DNA from: Bigelowiella natans CCMP2755
Taxonomy: Eukaryota > Protista > Cercozoa
NCBI GenBank assembly: GCA_000320545.1
Contig: ADNK01001965.1
Span: forward strand, 1 to 64,000
Reading direction: 5' to 3'
Length of the DNA stretch: 64,000 bases
The position numbers and the translations under genes were made by a program. The notes below the pieces were generated by a model that did not search any database, was not told where the DNA came from, and worked only from the letters and a program-made list of their open reading frames with translations. Below, piece by piece: positions 20,581 to 32,859 of this stretch (position 1 is its first letter; every line of letters starts with the position of its first letter).

Positions 20581-21480
20581 CAATGGACATTTGCGAACGC
20601 ATCAACATCCGCGGAAAACATCAGTCGCAACAGTTTCGGAACAGGCGAAAATTCTGGAAAAATCCGAATTCGCCATTCTTGATTCCTTTTTTTTGTTTCA
20701 CTGCTGGTTGGTCCTCTCACTTGCCCACCAAAGTTGGTTCGAGCCCCTTCTTCCCTCAAACAGGAATGCTCAAGACTTGAATTCAGATGCTGTGGTGAAT
20801 TGATCCGCATTGTGAACCATCATCGGCATCTTGGAGTCACTTTCCAAAGCTCTTTATCGTTCCATGGGCATGTCACGGAAACTGCAACAGCAGCGAGGCG
20901 AGCCACTGGCAGGCTCAACTGCAGTTTTGCTGGGCACACAGACCTTCGCCCTGGAACTTGGGTTCATCTCTGGAATGCTCTCGTTCGCCCCGCACCAGAA
21001 TGCGGCTTGGGTTTCATTTCCCCCATTCTGCAAGCACGCTGTGGTGCCCTCCAGCCCTCGTCTGGTGGCCACACAGAGCAGTGCTGATGTGGCCAGGTTC
21101 TGGAGGTCCTTCGCCTTGGGTCCTCACGAGGGGTGGTGCTCTTTGTGAGTTCTCCCGCGAGATCATGACGCCCCACCACCTCCTGCTGTCCTGCCAGACA
21201 ACAACGACTCACATCAGGCTCAAATTTTGGAACAAAGTGCGACGCCTTCTCTTTGCGACAGCACTGCCTGCACAAACCACATCTGCCTCGCGCGCGCACC
21301 TGCAACCTGCAACAGTGTGCCATCGCGAACAGCACAAGGAGACTGTTGTTCTTTTGCGCACACGTGCATGTGCACACATGTCTAGATGTGTCGCAGGGAA
21401 CACGCGCCATCGCATCGTGCAGAAACGAGCAAACATGACATGAGCGCTGTGGTCGCCTCTCTGCACAGAAGCTGCGTGAG
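20581..21480. repeat. TpA-depleted block 2
   Basis: 2 TpA in 900 bp (one TTAT, one CTAG). Confidence 0.8.
20734..21260 (+). mobile_element. Degenerate LINE (non-LTR retrotransposon) ORF2 fragment: RT thumb region and C-terminal part
   Basis: VNHHRHLGVTFQSSLSFHGHV...ARRATGRL..SF...LWNALVRPAPECG matches the LINE consensus Vxx(Y)KYLGVxFxxxLSFxxH..ARR..GxL..F...LYxALVRPxLEYG. Downstream LCEF..TPHHLLLSC resembles the C-terminal Zn-knuckle. Internally deleted or frameshifted. Confidence 0.8.
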
Positions 21481-21759
21481 GATGACTATGTGACTGTTGA
21501 AAATTGCAATCATTTCATTAGATCCGTCTCATGTGTGTCGCACACACATTCGTGCATGCCACATTTCAGTGAAAACAGAAAGATGCGCACTTTTCCAGCT
21601 CATACAAGCTCAGAGGATTTGATGGTGTCAAATGTCACGTGCGTAGTAGCATCGTAACGTTACTGAAATGCGGTCTCTCGTTTATTTTTGATTGATCAAG
21701 CTGCTACGTGCAGCGATGTTATGCCCAAGCCAGCACACAATCATGATCGGTCTAATGAA

Positions 21760-22259
21760 TCAGTGAAGCTCGACCGTCGCCATCGACCGGGCCTCTAAAT
21801 CAACGTACACCCCGTCAGCTTCCCCTTCCACCCCTACAAATACCCTCCTCTGTTCTTGCCCCCCGTTTAGAAGAAGCACCACTAACGAGCCATCGGGCCG
21901 TGCGGCGGCCAACCCATCGATGCTATCTTTAGATACCGTCCTTAGGCTGTGGTCTAAAATCACAGAAGATCGTGGAAGGAAGCGGGTGGCCTGGCCGAAC
22001 GTGTAATAGCTTTGCCGGACGACAAGCTCAGGCTCTGTGCTGTTGTCCACCTGCACGTGCGCAAAGCAGAGGTTTCCGGCGTGGTTCGGACCTCCCCTTC
22101 CATCCATCTCCGGGTCGATGTCAACAAGCACATTCCAGTCCACCCTACGAGTAGTTCATCACATGATGTGCATGATCAGGCAGTGTTTGCAGCCGAACAA
22201 GCAGGATGCGACCAGCGCATTAACGTTTCCGACGGGTTTGGGCGGCGCGCGCGCGCGCG

Positions 22260-22295
<36 letters not shown>

Positions 22296-23424
22296 CTTTG
22301 GGGAATAAATCTATGGTACTTTACCAGCCCTCAACTCCGTTGTTGAGATCCCCGATCAAATCATGAGCGTATCTCCACGCCCTGTCCCATTCGGTAGGAT
22401 ACTGCTCGAAGTCATAACCGCAGGTACACCCCTCGGTCGCAAGCATGTGGTGGGATTTGCCGAAGTCGTCGTAGATGCTCGCCAGCTGATCGAAGTGGTC
22501 GCCGTCATACCAGTGCACTGCAGTTCCCCAGAGGTATCCAGCCGCCACCTCATCGCCCAGCACAGTCTTGGCCCAGCTCTCTACCCCACCCTTGTTGAAG
22601 TCGTAGTGCATGATGGCCTTCTTGGAGTCGCCTTTGCCGAACCTTTCCTCCAGAACAGGCCCGAGGTGGTCCCGGATGAAATCCCGCTGCTGCTCTGCCG
22701 TGTAGGAACACGCCTCCCATCCATTATTGTTCCAAAATCCAGGCTCGTTCTGTGCTGTAACTCCCCAGATGTCAGCGCCAGTGCGCTTCTCGTACGCTGA
22801 AATCCACTCGGCAAAGTACAGGGCCCACGCCCGGTGCACGTTCGCGTCGTCCTTGAGGCACGGGAGTTTGGAACCCACCATCGGATGATCTCCGTTCTTC
22901 ATCCACGATGGCGGGGACCAAGGCGACCCGAATACCTTGAGAGATGGGGCGGCGGGCTGGGAGCTGACCGCCTTGTTCGCATCGGTGAGGAAGTCGAGCA
23001 TGCCCAACTCCCCGTCCATGGTCAGGTTTCGATCGAAGTTGGTGATGTTAAGGTCGGTGGAATTGACGAAGTTGTAAGTCACTGGGGAGAAATCGCACGA
23101 GCCCATCGGCACTCGGGCCAGGCTGTACCTGAGGCCTTGCTCGGAGAAGTACATGTCGAGAACACGCTTCTGAGCCGATGAATTCAGTCTTTGGTACTGA
23201 ATTGCTGCAGCCTGAGTCAGCGCCCCACCGAATCCAAGCACCTCTTGACGCTTATTTGTTGGCTTCACAATCACTTGCAGGTCGGAGGCGGCACCTGCAC
23301 TCTGGTATGGGATGCTGGAGGTTGCCCAGCGCTTTCCGGAAGAGTCAGATGTGAGTGTTAGGCTTGCTGTACGAGCCTCGACGTTGGAGGCACACAGGAT
23401 GAAAACCAGGGAAGCAGCAAGCAT
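21760..23424 (-). CDS. Glycoside hydrolase family 30 (glucosylceramidase-like), secreted; 2 exons (23424-22325, 22144-21760)
   Basis: Signal peptide MLAASLVFILCASNVEA; motifs GFGGALTQA, RVPMGSCDFS, SPWSPPSWMK, QNEP (acid/base), AVHWY, ATEG (nucleophile), GW|VDWN, GGPNH. Confidence 0.95.
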
Positions 23425-23580
23425 TTTTGCGGGGCGTGCAACAGTGGCGGAGATTTTGGGTCGGGGGTCCTCCAGAGGGGATCGGAGCAACGGCCTCGCT
23501 ACAGGAGAGTTTGGTTGAATTTGCCCAAAAAACACACGTGTTTTTCGCAATGATTTACCTACGATTGTGCATGCGCGACA

Positions 23581-23865
23581 TGTGCAGGTTGCGCTGTTGC
23601 GTGTCGGTTGGAGCACGAGGCAGTCATTTCCCCCGATGTTCGTGTGTGCAGCTTCGTTCGTGGCGAGCAGCGTGCAAGTTGGCTGTCACATGCAACATGC
23701 ACGTGACGCGCGCAGTCGGCAGCTAGCTGGAGGCAGACCACATGCAGTCAGGCGGACAATGAAAGTGTGTGGCAGTGCGTCATGCACACACTTGCAAACA
23801 TTGACGGCATTGTTGCGATGCCTGTGCCAAGCCTCTTTCATCACCACGAGAAACACACTGTGAGT

Positions 23866-23902
<37 letters not shown>

Positions 23903-24120
23903 ATGCTTTCACCTGGCATGCACATGATGGAAAGATGGAAAGACATGGTGGTAGTGGAAATCAATGGATCCAACAGCATCAGCGTCACAAGCTTTGTTGA
24001 TGTGTTCAATGAGTCTGTTTTTGCTGTGACACACGTTTGCGAAGGTTTGAAGATGCAGCGCAAACAACAGGACTTGCGAGAGCAAGACGATGCACATCAC
24101 ATGCGCACGTGTTGTTTGCT
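23581..24120. repeat. TpA-depleted block 3
   Basis: 2 TpA in 540 bp (CTAG, GTAG); no recognisable TE protein. Confidence 0.75.
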
Positions 24121-24337
24121 GTGCATCTGACATCTGGTGTCTGCACCAGTATTTGTGGTTGCATGCCACGACGCTGTGGAGGAGATACCACTTCTGACTC
24201 GGCTGGTGGGCCACAAATTAAGACATGCTCATCATGTGTGAATCACACGCGTCTGGTGTCTACGTGCCGCTTACTTCGCCAGATGAAAAGCATGCTCGAG
24301 CTTGGATACACTCTCTCTTTTCGTGTCATTTAGCTAT

Positions 24338-27300
24338 CTATACTGTCGTCGCCGTTGTAGTCATTTTATCAATTTGTGCCTCTCTCTCGAGCCTTCGGAG
24401 CTGTTGGCGATAAGCCCGTGCGAAGCGCGTCCACCGACGACCAAAGGACTTGGCATCTGTCGTGTCGAGAATGCTGACGAGTCGCTCCTCGATAGGTTCG
24501 ATTCGGTTCGGGAGCTGCCCGCCACTTGTGAATAGATTCTCGTCCATTCCAACGCGTGGGATCTGGCAGAGGGCGCTCTTTACCCACAGTTTGACCGGTG
24601 GGGGAGGGGGGAGAGGATGGTGAGAATCCAGCGGTGGCACCTGCTGCTGCTATTGCGAAGGAGCATTGACAAACGCACACGTGTAGGTCCACACGGTGAT
24701 AGATTGTGAAGGTAGAACGAGAGCACAAACACACACACACAAGATCAATAAAATCAGAAGATGGACAACTATCTCTCCAGCGAAGTAAGGTGGCAAAATG
24801 ACGACGACGACGTCGACGACAGCATCAACATGCGAGGGTTTCTCCATTCGCGTTTAAACTATTTAAGTTAGCCGCCTTTCTGCCACCACCACCACCACCA
24901 CCACCACTACGAAAGAGCAACACAGCTACACTTGACCGCCACTTACGCAAAGAATGCGGTACGTGCTATCACTAGTGTTGCTGTTGAATGTCTCACCCCG
25001 CTTCCTCCTCCCCCCTTTTGTCGGCGCCGTATTGCATTGCTCTCGAGAGTGAGAAGGCTCCATATGACGTAGGAGGGAGAGCCTCGGTCTCCCTCATCCA
25101 AATGGTGTAAATCGGACAGAAATAGCCCCGTCAACGCTTCGACGCATGCCTTCGCAATCAGAAATCCGACTGGCTGCTGTTGCTGCTGCTGATGCTGCTG
25201 CAGTTCTGGAGCATCTAATAAACCGAAGCGACTTAGAAGCAGCAGATAATTGGACACATGACCACACTAACATACCTGCAGCTACAACAACTACTACTAC
25301 GATTATTTACTTTCCGAATTGGTCTTCATAGGCATCAAAAGGCTTCTGATTACAGCCTCCTCGCAAAGCTCGGCCCCCCCTTCCCCAAGTGGATGTACTG
25401 CTGCCTTTCCGTCCTTTCGGATGCGTGGGGGTAGGGCGAGGCCCACAAAGTCCGACCAAAACACCAGGACTGCCTTCTGGGCATTTCTCTGGAACATTTA
25501 CATAGTCAATGAGAGTAGACTGAGCGACATTTATGATGACGACGACGATGACGACGATGATGATCAAATGGGAAAAATGTGCAAGCTGTATCTCCAGCCT
25601 TGTGTCCGCTTATACGCACTTAGAAATTGTAGAATGCTGGTCCATTGGAGGTGACAGAGGGAGGGGGTATTAATAACGGGAATTTCAATGGGAAAGAGCA
25701 AGTTGCTGTCACTGTAGGATCCACCTCGTTCACTCTGACAGCGACAACAGAGGCCTGCAGCGTCGTGCTGAGAAGGGGCGTGTGTTGTAACAGGGCAATA
25801 GGCGCATGGCTCGCACACCGGATCTGGAGACGAAAGAAGTCTTCGACGTTATCACGGGCCTCGTTCATCGCTTCCAAAGACGGATAGCTGATTAAGAGGG
25901 ACGAGGAGACGACAGCCACGACACCAATATCTTCATGTTAATGTAAAGCCTCGAAGAGGATGAAGAAGGGGCAGAAAGGGAGGAAAAATAAGGGGAAGGG
26001 GGAGGGGGGAGGAGATTCATCAACTGAACCCGACAACTCAATCATCACCGTGTGAAGAATTCCTGTGCGACTTCCGTGACGGAAGAGAAGAGCTGCCGTT
26101 GGGACTCATGATCGGCTGATGCGAGCTCCACGACCAACACCGACAGCAGGTACAGCCAGGAAGGGTAATGCTTTCGAGAATATCTGTAGCAGGGAGGGGG
26201 CGAGAATGATAGTCGTAAGTTGTAGTTGTAGTAGTAGCAGTAGCAGTAAAAGTAAAAGCAGCAGCAAGGGAGATCCGTATTTGAGGGTGTCAGAGGAGGG
26301 GGGCAGGCAGACAGCGGAAATATCATGGAGGCCAAAATGAGAGCAATGGGCAGAAACAGAAGTCTAGGAGTGGAGGGAGAGGAGAGGGAGGGGGGGGGGG
26401 GGGGAGGGGAGCGGGAATGATGGCAGTGACAACGATTAAAAGTAAGGAAAATGTCTGCCAGCTACATACGCTTCGGTAAGAAATCTTAGCACGCCGCCGC
26501 CGCCCCCTGCTCCTTCCATCAGTACTGCAAATCTTCCCCTGACATTGCGTGCTGCATACTTCACGATGCTACACCACTCCTCCGCGGCATCAACACTGCT
26601 GTCAATAGCTCTCAATACCCCCTGCAGGCCTAGAATAGGCCATGCCTTCATTAGGAGGGCCCAGGCATCGATGCGGCTCTGATGACGACGAGGACGATGA
26701 TGGTGTATTCAAGGGAGAATGAAATCAAGCAAAGGACGGAGAGAACGATAACAGAGGGGGGTGGGGGGGGGGAGGGGAGCAGTAAAGCTAGTTACAAAGG
26801 ATCTGCGGCGTGCAGATATATGTCAGCGTTTTTGTCCGAATGTGCAAACCTGATGCATCGTCCGTTGTGCGTTCTTAGCTGCCGTGGTCCTTTGCGGAGC
26901 GAGCGCGCGGAAAATGACATTGAGACGTGTGAGGTCTGGCATGATGTCAACACTGCTGCCGCCCGCCTATTGAGAAGATAAATCAGAGAGACAACAACAG
27001 TACTCCAGTGGCAGCAGCACGTGTTTTGCATGCATGGTGATAGATGATATTCCAGGAAGAAGTAGAAGCACCATCATCGTCATCACCCATCGTCGTCGTC
27101 GTCATCGTCATCATCATCATCATCATCATCATCATCAAGATTCTTCGTCACACATCCGCATGGTAACAGTGTTTTGGTTGGCAGGTCCGGTTGCGCTTAC
27201 AATCACGGCCCTCCCATCACCTACCTGTTGCTTGTTATCATGCACCGTCGCCGCCGGTGCGTTCGGAGGTGGGGGGGACGCAACGTCGGCTCCCAGCTCT

Positions 27301-27518
27301 ATTTTCTGCGCTTTTCGATGCAATTCAGCAAGAATCGGGTCCAAGAGCAGTGAAATCTCGCTAAACTCTGCTCCACCCTCTCCCCCACTCCCTCTTCCTA
27401 ACCCCCCCCTGTCTCTGTCGCCGCTGTTGAATCGAGCTACTGCGACCAGTCCCTCTAGGATATCGAGTTCTTGGGCCAAGTCCATGAAAACGACCCCCGG
27501 GGGGGGGGAGACGTCATG

Positions 27519-27554
<36 letters not shown>

Positions 27555-28696
27555 ATGAGGATGATGCTGATGATGGCTACGTGATTGACCGCCATGGCGA
27601 GCTCTGATGAGGAGCTCGCTTATCTGGGCAAAGAGATCCGGGGAGACTTCTGAGGGCGCGGCCTCGCAAAGGTCCAGGAATGCCGAGGCGGTGGCGCGAA
27701 AGAGCGGTATTTGACGACGCTCGGTTTCTTCTTTGCTTTTTCCAAGGGCGGCTGAGCTGAACGGCAATCCATGCTCCTCCTGCGGCTGCTGGAAGAAGGA
27801 GAAGAAGATACGCATAACCCACGAGAATGCTTCCCTGAGGAGGAGAGGGCCTTCCTTTTCGTCGTCGTTTGCCACTCTCAGATACGGCGCCGCAGCACCG
27901 CACTGCCCAGAGATGGTTGGGGAGGGATGGATAAGGGGAGAAGGCAGTATCATAAGATCGCGTGTGATGATGATAATGATGATGATGATGATTTGTGTAT
28001 GTGTGTGTGTATTTATGTGTTTTATGTATGTTCATGGGGCCGCCATAGTATGGAATTGTCAGATATCCCTAGTGATCAAACTCCTTCCTCCTCCTCCTCC
28101 TCCTCCTCCTCCTCCTCCTCCTCTCTACTCCTTTCAACACTCATTTATTCTCGTCTCCTCTTATCTCCTCCTCCTCCTTCTATTCTCGAATTACCAGGGC
28201 TGTAGCGGTGGTGAGAACGTGTAGATTACTCGTCTCGCGACAAAGCCCGCCGCCGCACACGCCCCGGAAAAGCCTCATCAGCATGGACTTCCTGTTCTGG
28301 ATGGAGGAGGAAGAAGAAGAAGAAGAAGAAGAGGGAGAGACGGGCGATGCGTTCTCTTCACCATCCTCGCCATGGCCTTCTCTCCCTTCCAAGAGGACTC
28401 CTTGTTGTTGTTGTTGCATCTGTTGTTCCCTACTCTTCCTCCTCCTCGCATCGTTGACGATGTCCTGCGTAAGCTCCCGGATGAGAGACCGGAGAGCGAA
28501 AAGGGTCGCCTCTGTATGCCTCCAGTCGCCGCTACCATCAGCAACCGCAGGACCGCGGTCACCGCCAGCCCTTTCAAGCTCTTGCAGCAAAATACGAAGC
28601 AGCAGCTCGGGGCCAAGCACCTACTCATCATCATATAATCGCAATTATCATTGCTGTTAGTAGCGCGGCTTTCTCCCCCCACCCTCCCCCCCTCTC

Positions 28697-28733
<37 letters not shown>

Positions 28734-31700
28734 GCCCTCTCCCATCATTTTCATTCTCCTCCTCCTCCTCCTCCTCCCGACTTCGGGTTGTCGATCTATT
28801 TATCGCTGTGTCTTCTCCTCTCGTCGTATGACCCACCCACTCACTCACTCACTCGCAGTGCGCTTTCACGGAGTCCATCATCGATCGCCTCATAGCGGAA
28901 CCTCCGCAGCTCGCGCCGTCGCTCGGATTGTAACGATAGCGCGTCTGTTTGAATTTTGACAACGACAGTAACAACAACAACAACAACAACAATAACAACA
29001 ACGAGATCAGAGGCAGAGAGGCAATGGACAAGTCATCGTGGTGGTAGCCAATGCTACCGCTAACTTCTCATACCGTAGTTGCTTGGAAGGCGCAGGATCT
29101 TAATCGTGTCGCGCGCCGCGTTTTCGAACCCAGGGGCCATGGCCTGGATCTGTGCCTCCCTCACTTTCAGCACCAGTGGGGGGGTGTTGATGCCGTGGTT
29201 GTAGGTCAGATACCTGACGGTGATATATTGCGTATGCGAGTTGGTATTGTTGATGAGAGGGAAAAGGCGATGAAGATGCCGATGATGATGAAAATGATAG
29301 CGGAGATATCATTATTATGGCATCTGAAAGAAACTACATGATTCAAAACGATGAAGCTAATAGCAGACACACACGCGCGCGCAGCCCTAGATTATAGAAT
29401 CTTATTGAAAACTTCAACAACGAAATGCCATCTTGCATGCAGGACAAATACAATATCTCTGTTTTCGTCATCATCTTTATGAAACGCAAGTGTGTTGCTC
29501 TCATCGTTCAACTACGTCGCAACAGTCCTCCAGAACAAGAGGCCGTTGGAAGCTATCTCTGCCTCGGGGAAGCTTGTGCCTTTCAAAGATGATGCACGTA
29601 TGTGTGTGTGTGTGTGTGCGCGCGCGTATGTATGGGTAAATACTACTGAAAGGTTCTTCGGGCGCGTGTGTGTATATTAGATGATGCGTAATTAAGCCAT
29701 TATGATTTCGGTAGATTGCATCCGTTCCCCTCCCCCTTTCCCTCCTGCTCCTCCTCTCCTCTCCCCTCCCCCCCTCCCCGCTTCGTTTTTTAATATTCTG
29801 ATGTCGCGATCGCATATCGTCGTCGTCGTCGTCGTGATAGCCCTAAGTGTGCGCATGTTTGTGTTAGTATGCGTAAGCGCACAGGTCAGCGCCAAGTCCC
29901 CGATGAGCGTTCTCTGCTGCTGAAAGTCCTCGACGGTCGGGTCAAGCAGCAGCTCCACACATGCGTCGCAAATACGTGTCAGCATGCGAACGATCTCCTC
30001 GGCCTCGTTGTGCATCTGGAACGCCTGCTCCCCACCGCAGCTTCCGTCACTATTGGCACGTTGAAGAGCAGCCTCCTCGCTCGCAAGGACCATGAGACGC
30101 TGCCTTTGCGCCGCAGCAGAGGTCAGCAGCACCTCCAACACCGGTCTGTCGCCACCTGTGAAAAAATAGAAACAGCGGGGGGAGAGGGGGAGGGCGGGGG
30201 GGGGATTGGATGTTATGGTGATGGTGTGTGGATGTGGATGAGTAGCGCCCGTTGTCGCTTTGTATTCGGCGGCATCATCTTCCCTCATGCTCCCTGCACC
30301 CTCTACCACTTCCTACTCTTTACACAAAATACAACCAAACAACTACTACATCTACTCCTAGTACGATTACTTGTAGAGTAGTGGTCAAGCACGGTCTCGA
30401 TCATCTCGCGCGCTGCCTCCGAGCGAGCTTGCTTAGCTTTGGAGCCGCTCACACCGACAGCAGCTGGGGCGAGCATTAGAATGGGGTGGTGCGAGATCTG
30501 CGCCGCCGATATAACCTCGTCGCCATGCTCCGACCACGAAATCCACGCCCCGAAGCATCTGCCATCACATTATTGCAGATGTATTACTTCCATCGCAACC
30601 ATTAAGTAGCGCTTCCTTTCTCCTTCCGCGAGAAGGGACGGCAGGTGAAGAATGATGGGGATCATAGTGTGCGCATGCATGTTTTGTGTGGGTGCTGCTT
30701 ACACATACGTATCTCTGACCAAACAAACACAAACACCTATGCAAACGGATACACCGTGTTTACACACACACACACACACACACTCATTCACGCACGCACA
30801 CGCACACACACATACTCACGCCCACATCCATCTCACACATCTAGATGTGGAACGAATACAACAAATCCGATGCGTACACCGAAGTAATCCATGAGCCACT
30901 ACTACTACTACTACTCACTTGAACAGCCCAGCTTGAAACCCGACCTCCTCCTCTTCCTCCCCATTGTAATGGTGTTGGCCAAGACTCCCTCCGACGCGGC
31001 TATCATTCCTTAATGACTGCTGCTGCATAGAATATGTTATTTCGTCCGCTATGTAGACTAGCACGGAACGGCAATTCGCGTGGATTCCAAACTCTCGAAA
31101 GTCCTCCACGTTGTTGTGGCTGAGAGCTTCCACACCGGACGGAGGGGCGGCGGCCTCCTCAGCAACTAGGGTCAGGAACGCTAGCGAGGCTGCGGGGGGG
31201 AGCATGCGACTCTTGGCTCTCTCTAGAATCTCCGGAACAAGGTCATTCCAGCCAGCGTGCATCGCTAATGCTATTAGTCCTGTCATCAGCTTCTGTGCTG
31301 CAGGGTCGGCTGACGAGGGCAAGATTGCCCCGCCCCCTCTTCCTGCGGCAATGGAGCGCGCTGTAGCGATTTTCACCAGACTCTCGAACATTGAGGCACG
31401 GAGCCGCGGCAGGAGACCGGCAGGTAATCGATGGAAATCGTTGCAGATCTTTTCGTAGAGGGCCTTAGCGGCGAAAAAGGCCGCATTAGCACTCTCACCG
31501 GCGGATTCTGGGGGCAATCCCGAGAATTGGTGGAGAATCCTTTCAGAGATCTCCCACACCGCATCGGATGTTTGCCACGCACTAAGATACCGGTCAGCTT
31601 GGCCTGTGAAATGTTTTATAGTATTGTACACTTATCGCCGCGGAGAATGGTGGGGTAAGGCTAGCGAAGGATGAGGGGGGGGGGGCGGGGGGCTTGGATG

Positions 31701-32094
31701 TCGGTTCGCACAACACGCTCTCTCTATCAATGTGTCGTTGAATACTGATGACGGGACAACGTTGCTTCAATTTTTTTTTAAAGCAGGCGATGGAACTGGT
31801 CAAGGCGGTGTTATTAGGTGCATATTATGACTTCCATGCCCCTCAAGATAACGGACGGACACGTGTGTTGAGAAAGGTGTTTCCACTACCTCTAGCATCT
31901 TCTGAAGATCGCGGAGAATAAAGAACTGAGAGAGCCTCAAGCACTTTCTGAGCTTCAACATCTCCAGCGGCAAGGTAAGCAGACGTGGCGTGCGATGATG
32001 TATTTCCCAGAAACCCGGGCATATCAGCGGCAGAATGTGTCAATGGGGAGCTGCCCCCTCTCAGGAGTTCTTGCACCCATCTCGAGCTCGTCAT
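24338..32094 (-). CDS. Importin-beta family karyopherin, transportin-3/importin-13-like (multi-exon)
   Basis: VLEALSVLYSP.., QADRYLSAWQTSDAVWEISERIL..FFAAKALYEKICNDFHRLP (IBN_N/Xpo1-like N-terminus) and DWRHTEATLFALRSL; helical HEAT-like exons continue to the stop at 24338. Confidence 0.8.
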
Positions 32095-32859
32095 CCGTCT
32101 TTTCCCTCCTCCTTTACCATTCCTAAAGAGAATATAAGTTGGATTGATGAAGAGAACTATAGTGTGACCCTGGTTTGATACCCGATAATTCGGGACTGAT
32201 ACTTCCCTAACGCCGCCATTCTCAGAGCCGCTCTGGGGCTTTCCTTCTCTCCGAGCAAAGCAAACCCGGTGAGTACGACACACAGCATGAACACCCGAGG
32301 AGGATATACTCCCCGGTTGTTGCCCCGAAAGGCTGCATTTCGCGGCGGGGCCGGGCCGTAACCCATGGCCTCGATCCGGTTTTTGCTTCCGGGCGCGGTT
32401 CGGTTTATGCTGTTCTCGTGAATTTAAATCGCTGAGGAAATACCGATGATTTTTATCTGCGACAGAATTATTTGGCAGTTTTTTTTCCTTAGATGTACTT
32501 TCTGTTGTTTTTGTGTCGTTAAGTTCAAAGATTCGGAACTGGCCGGCCGAATCCGCATTTCGGCTGGCATCTGACATTTAGATTGGTAATTTCCTCGATG
32601 GAATATTTTCCATCTGATTCTTTTGATACCAGTCATGACGCACATATCAAATAGCTTGAGTTTTAGATATTATTTCTTCTCCCTTCCGATCCGTCTCACT
32701 CGGAGGTGATAAATTCCACGAAATGAATGGAAATCGACTGCATTTTGGATCGTTTTGAGCATATAAAAAACTGACGCAGTCGTAAAACAGCATGCCATAA
32801 ATTACGATACCCATAGCCGTTGAAACCGCTTTGTTCCCCCCCCCAGCCCTGCAGCTGCA

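Noticed and set aside
20958-21466. Many overlapping His/Cys-rich ORFs in all frames (also around 5-6 kb, 23.5-24.3 kb, 42-43 kb, 61 kb)
   Set aside because: Artefact of TpA loss removing TAA/TAG stop codons; no protein motifs apart from the LINE relic.
23425-23616. N-terminal extension of the 431-aa GH30 ORF
   Set aside because: It runs into the stop-poor block; the ATG at 23424 directly precedes a good signal peptide.
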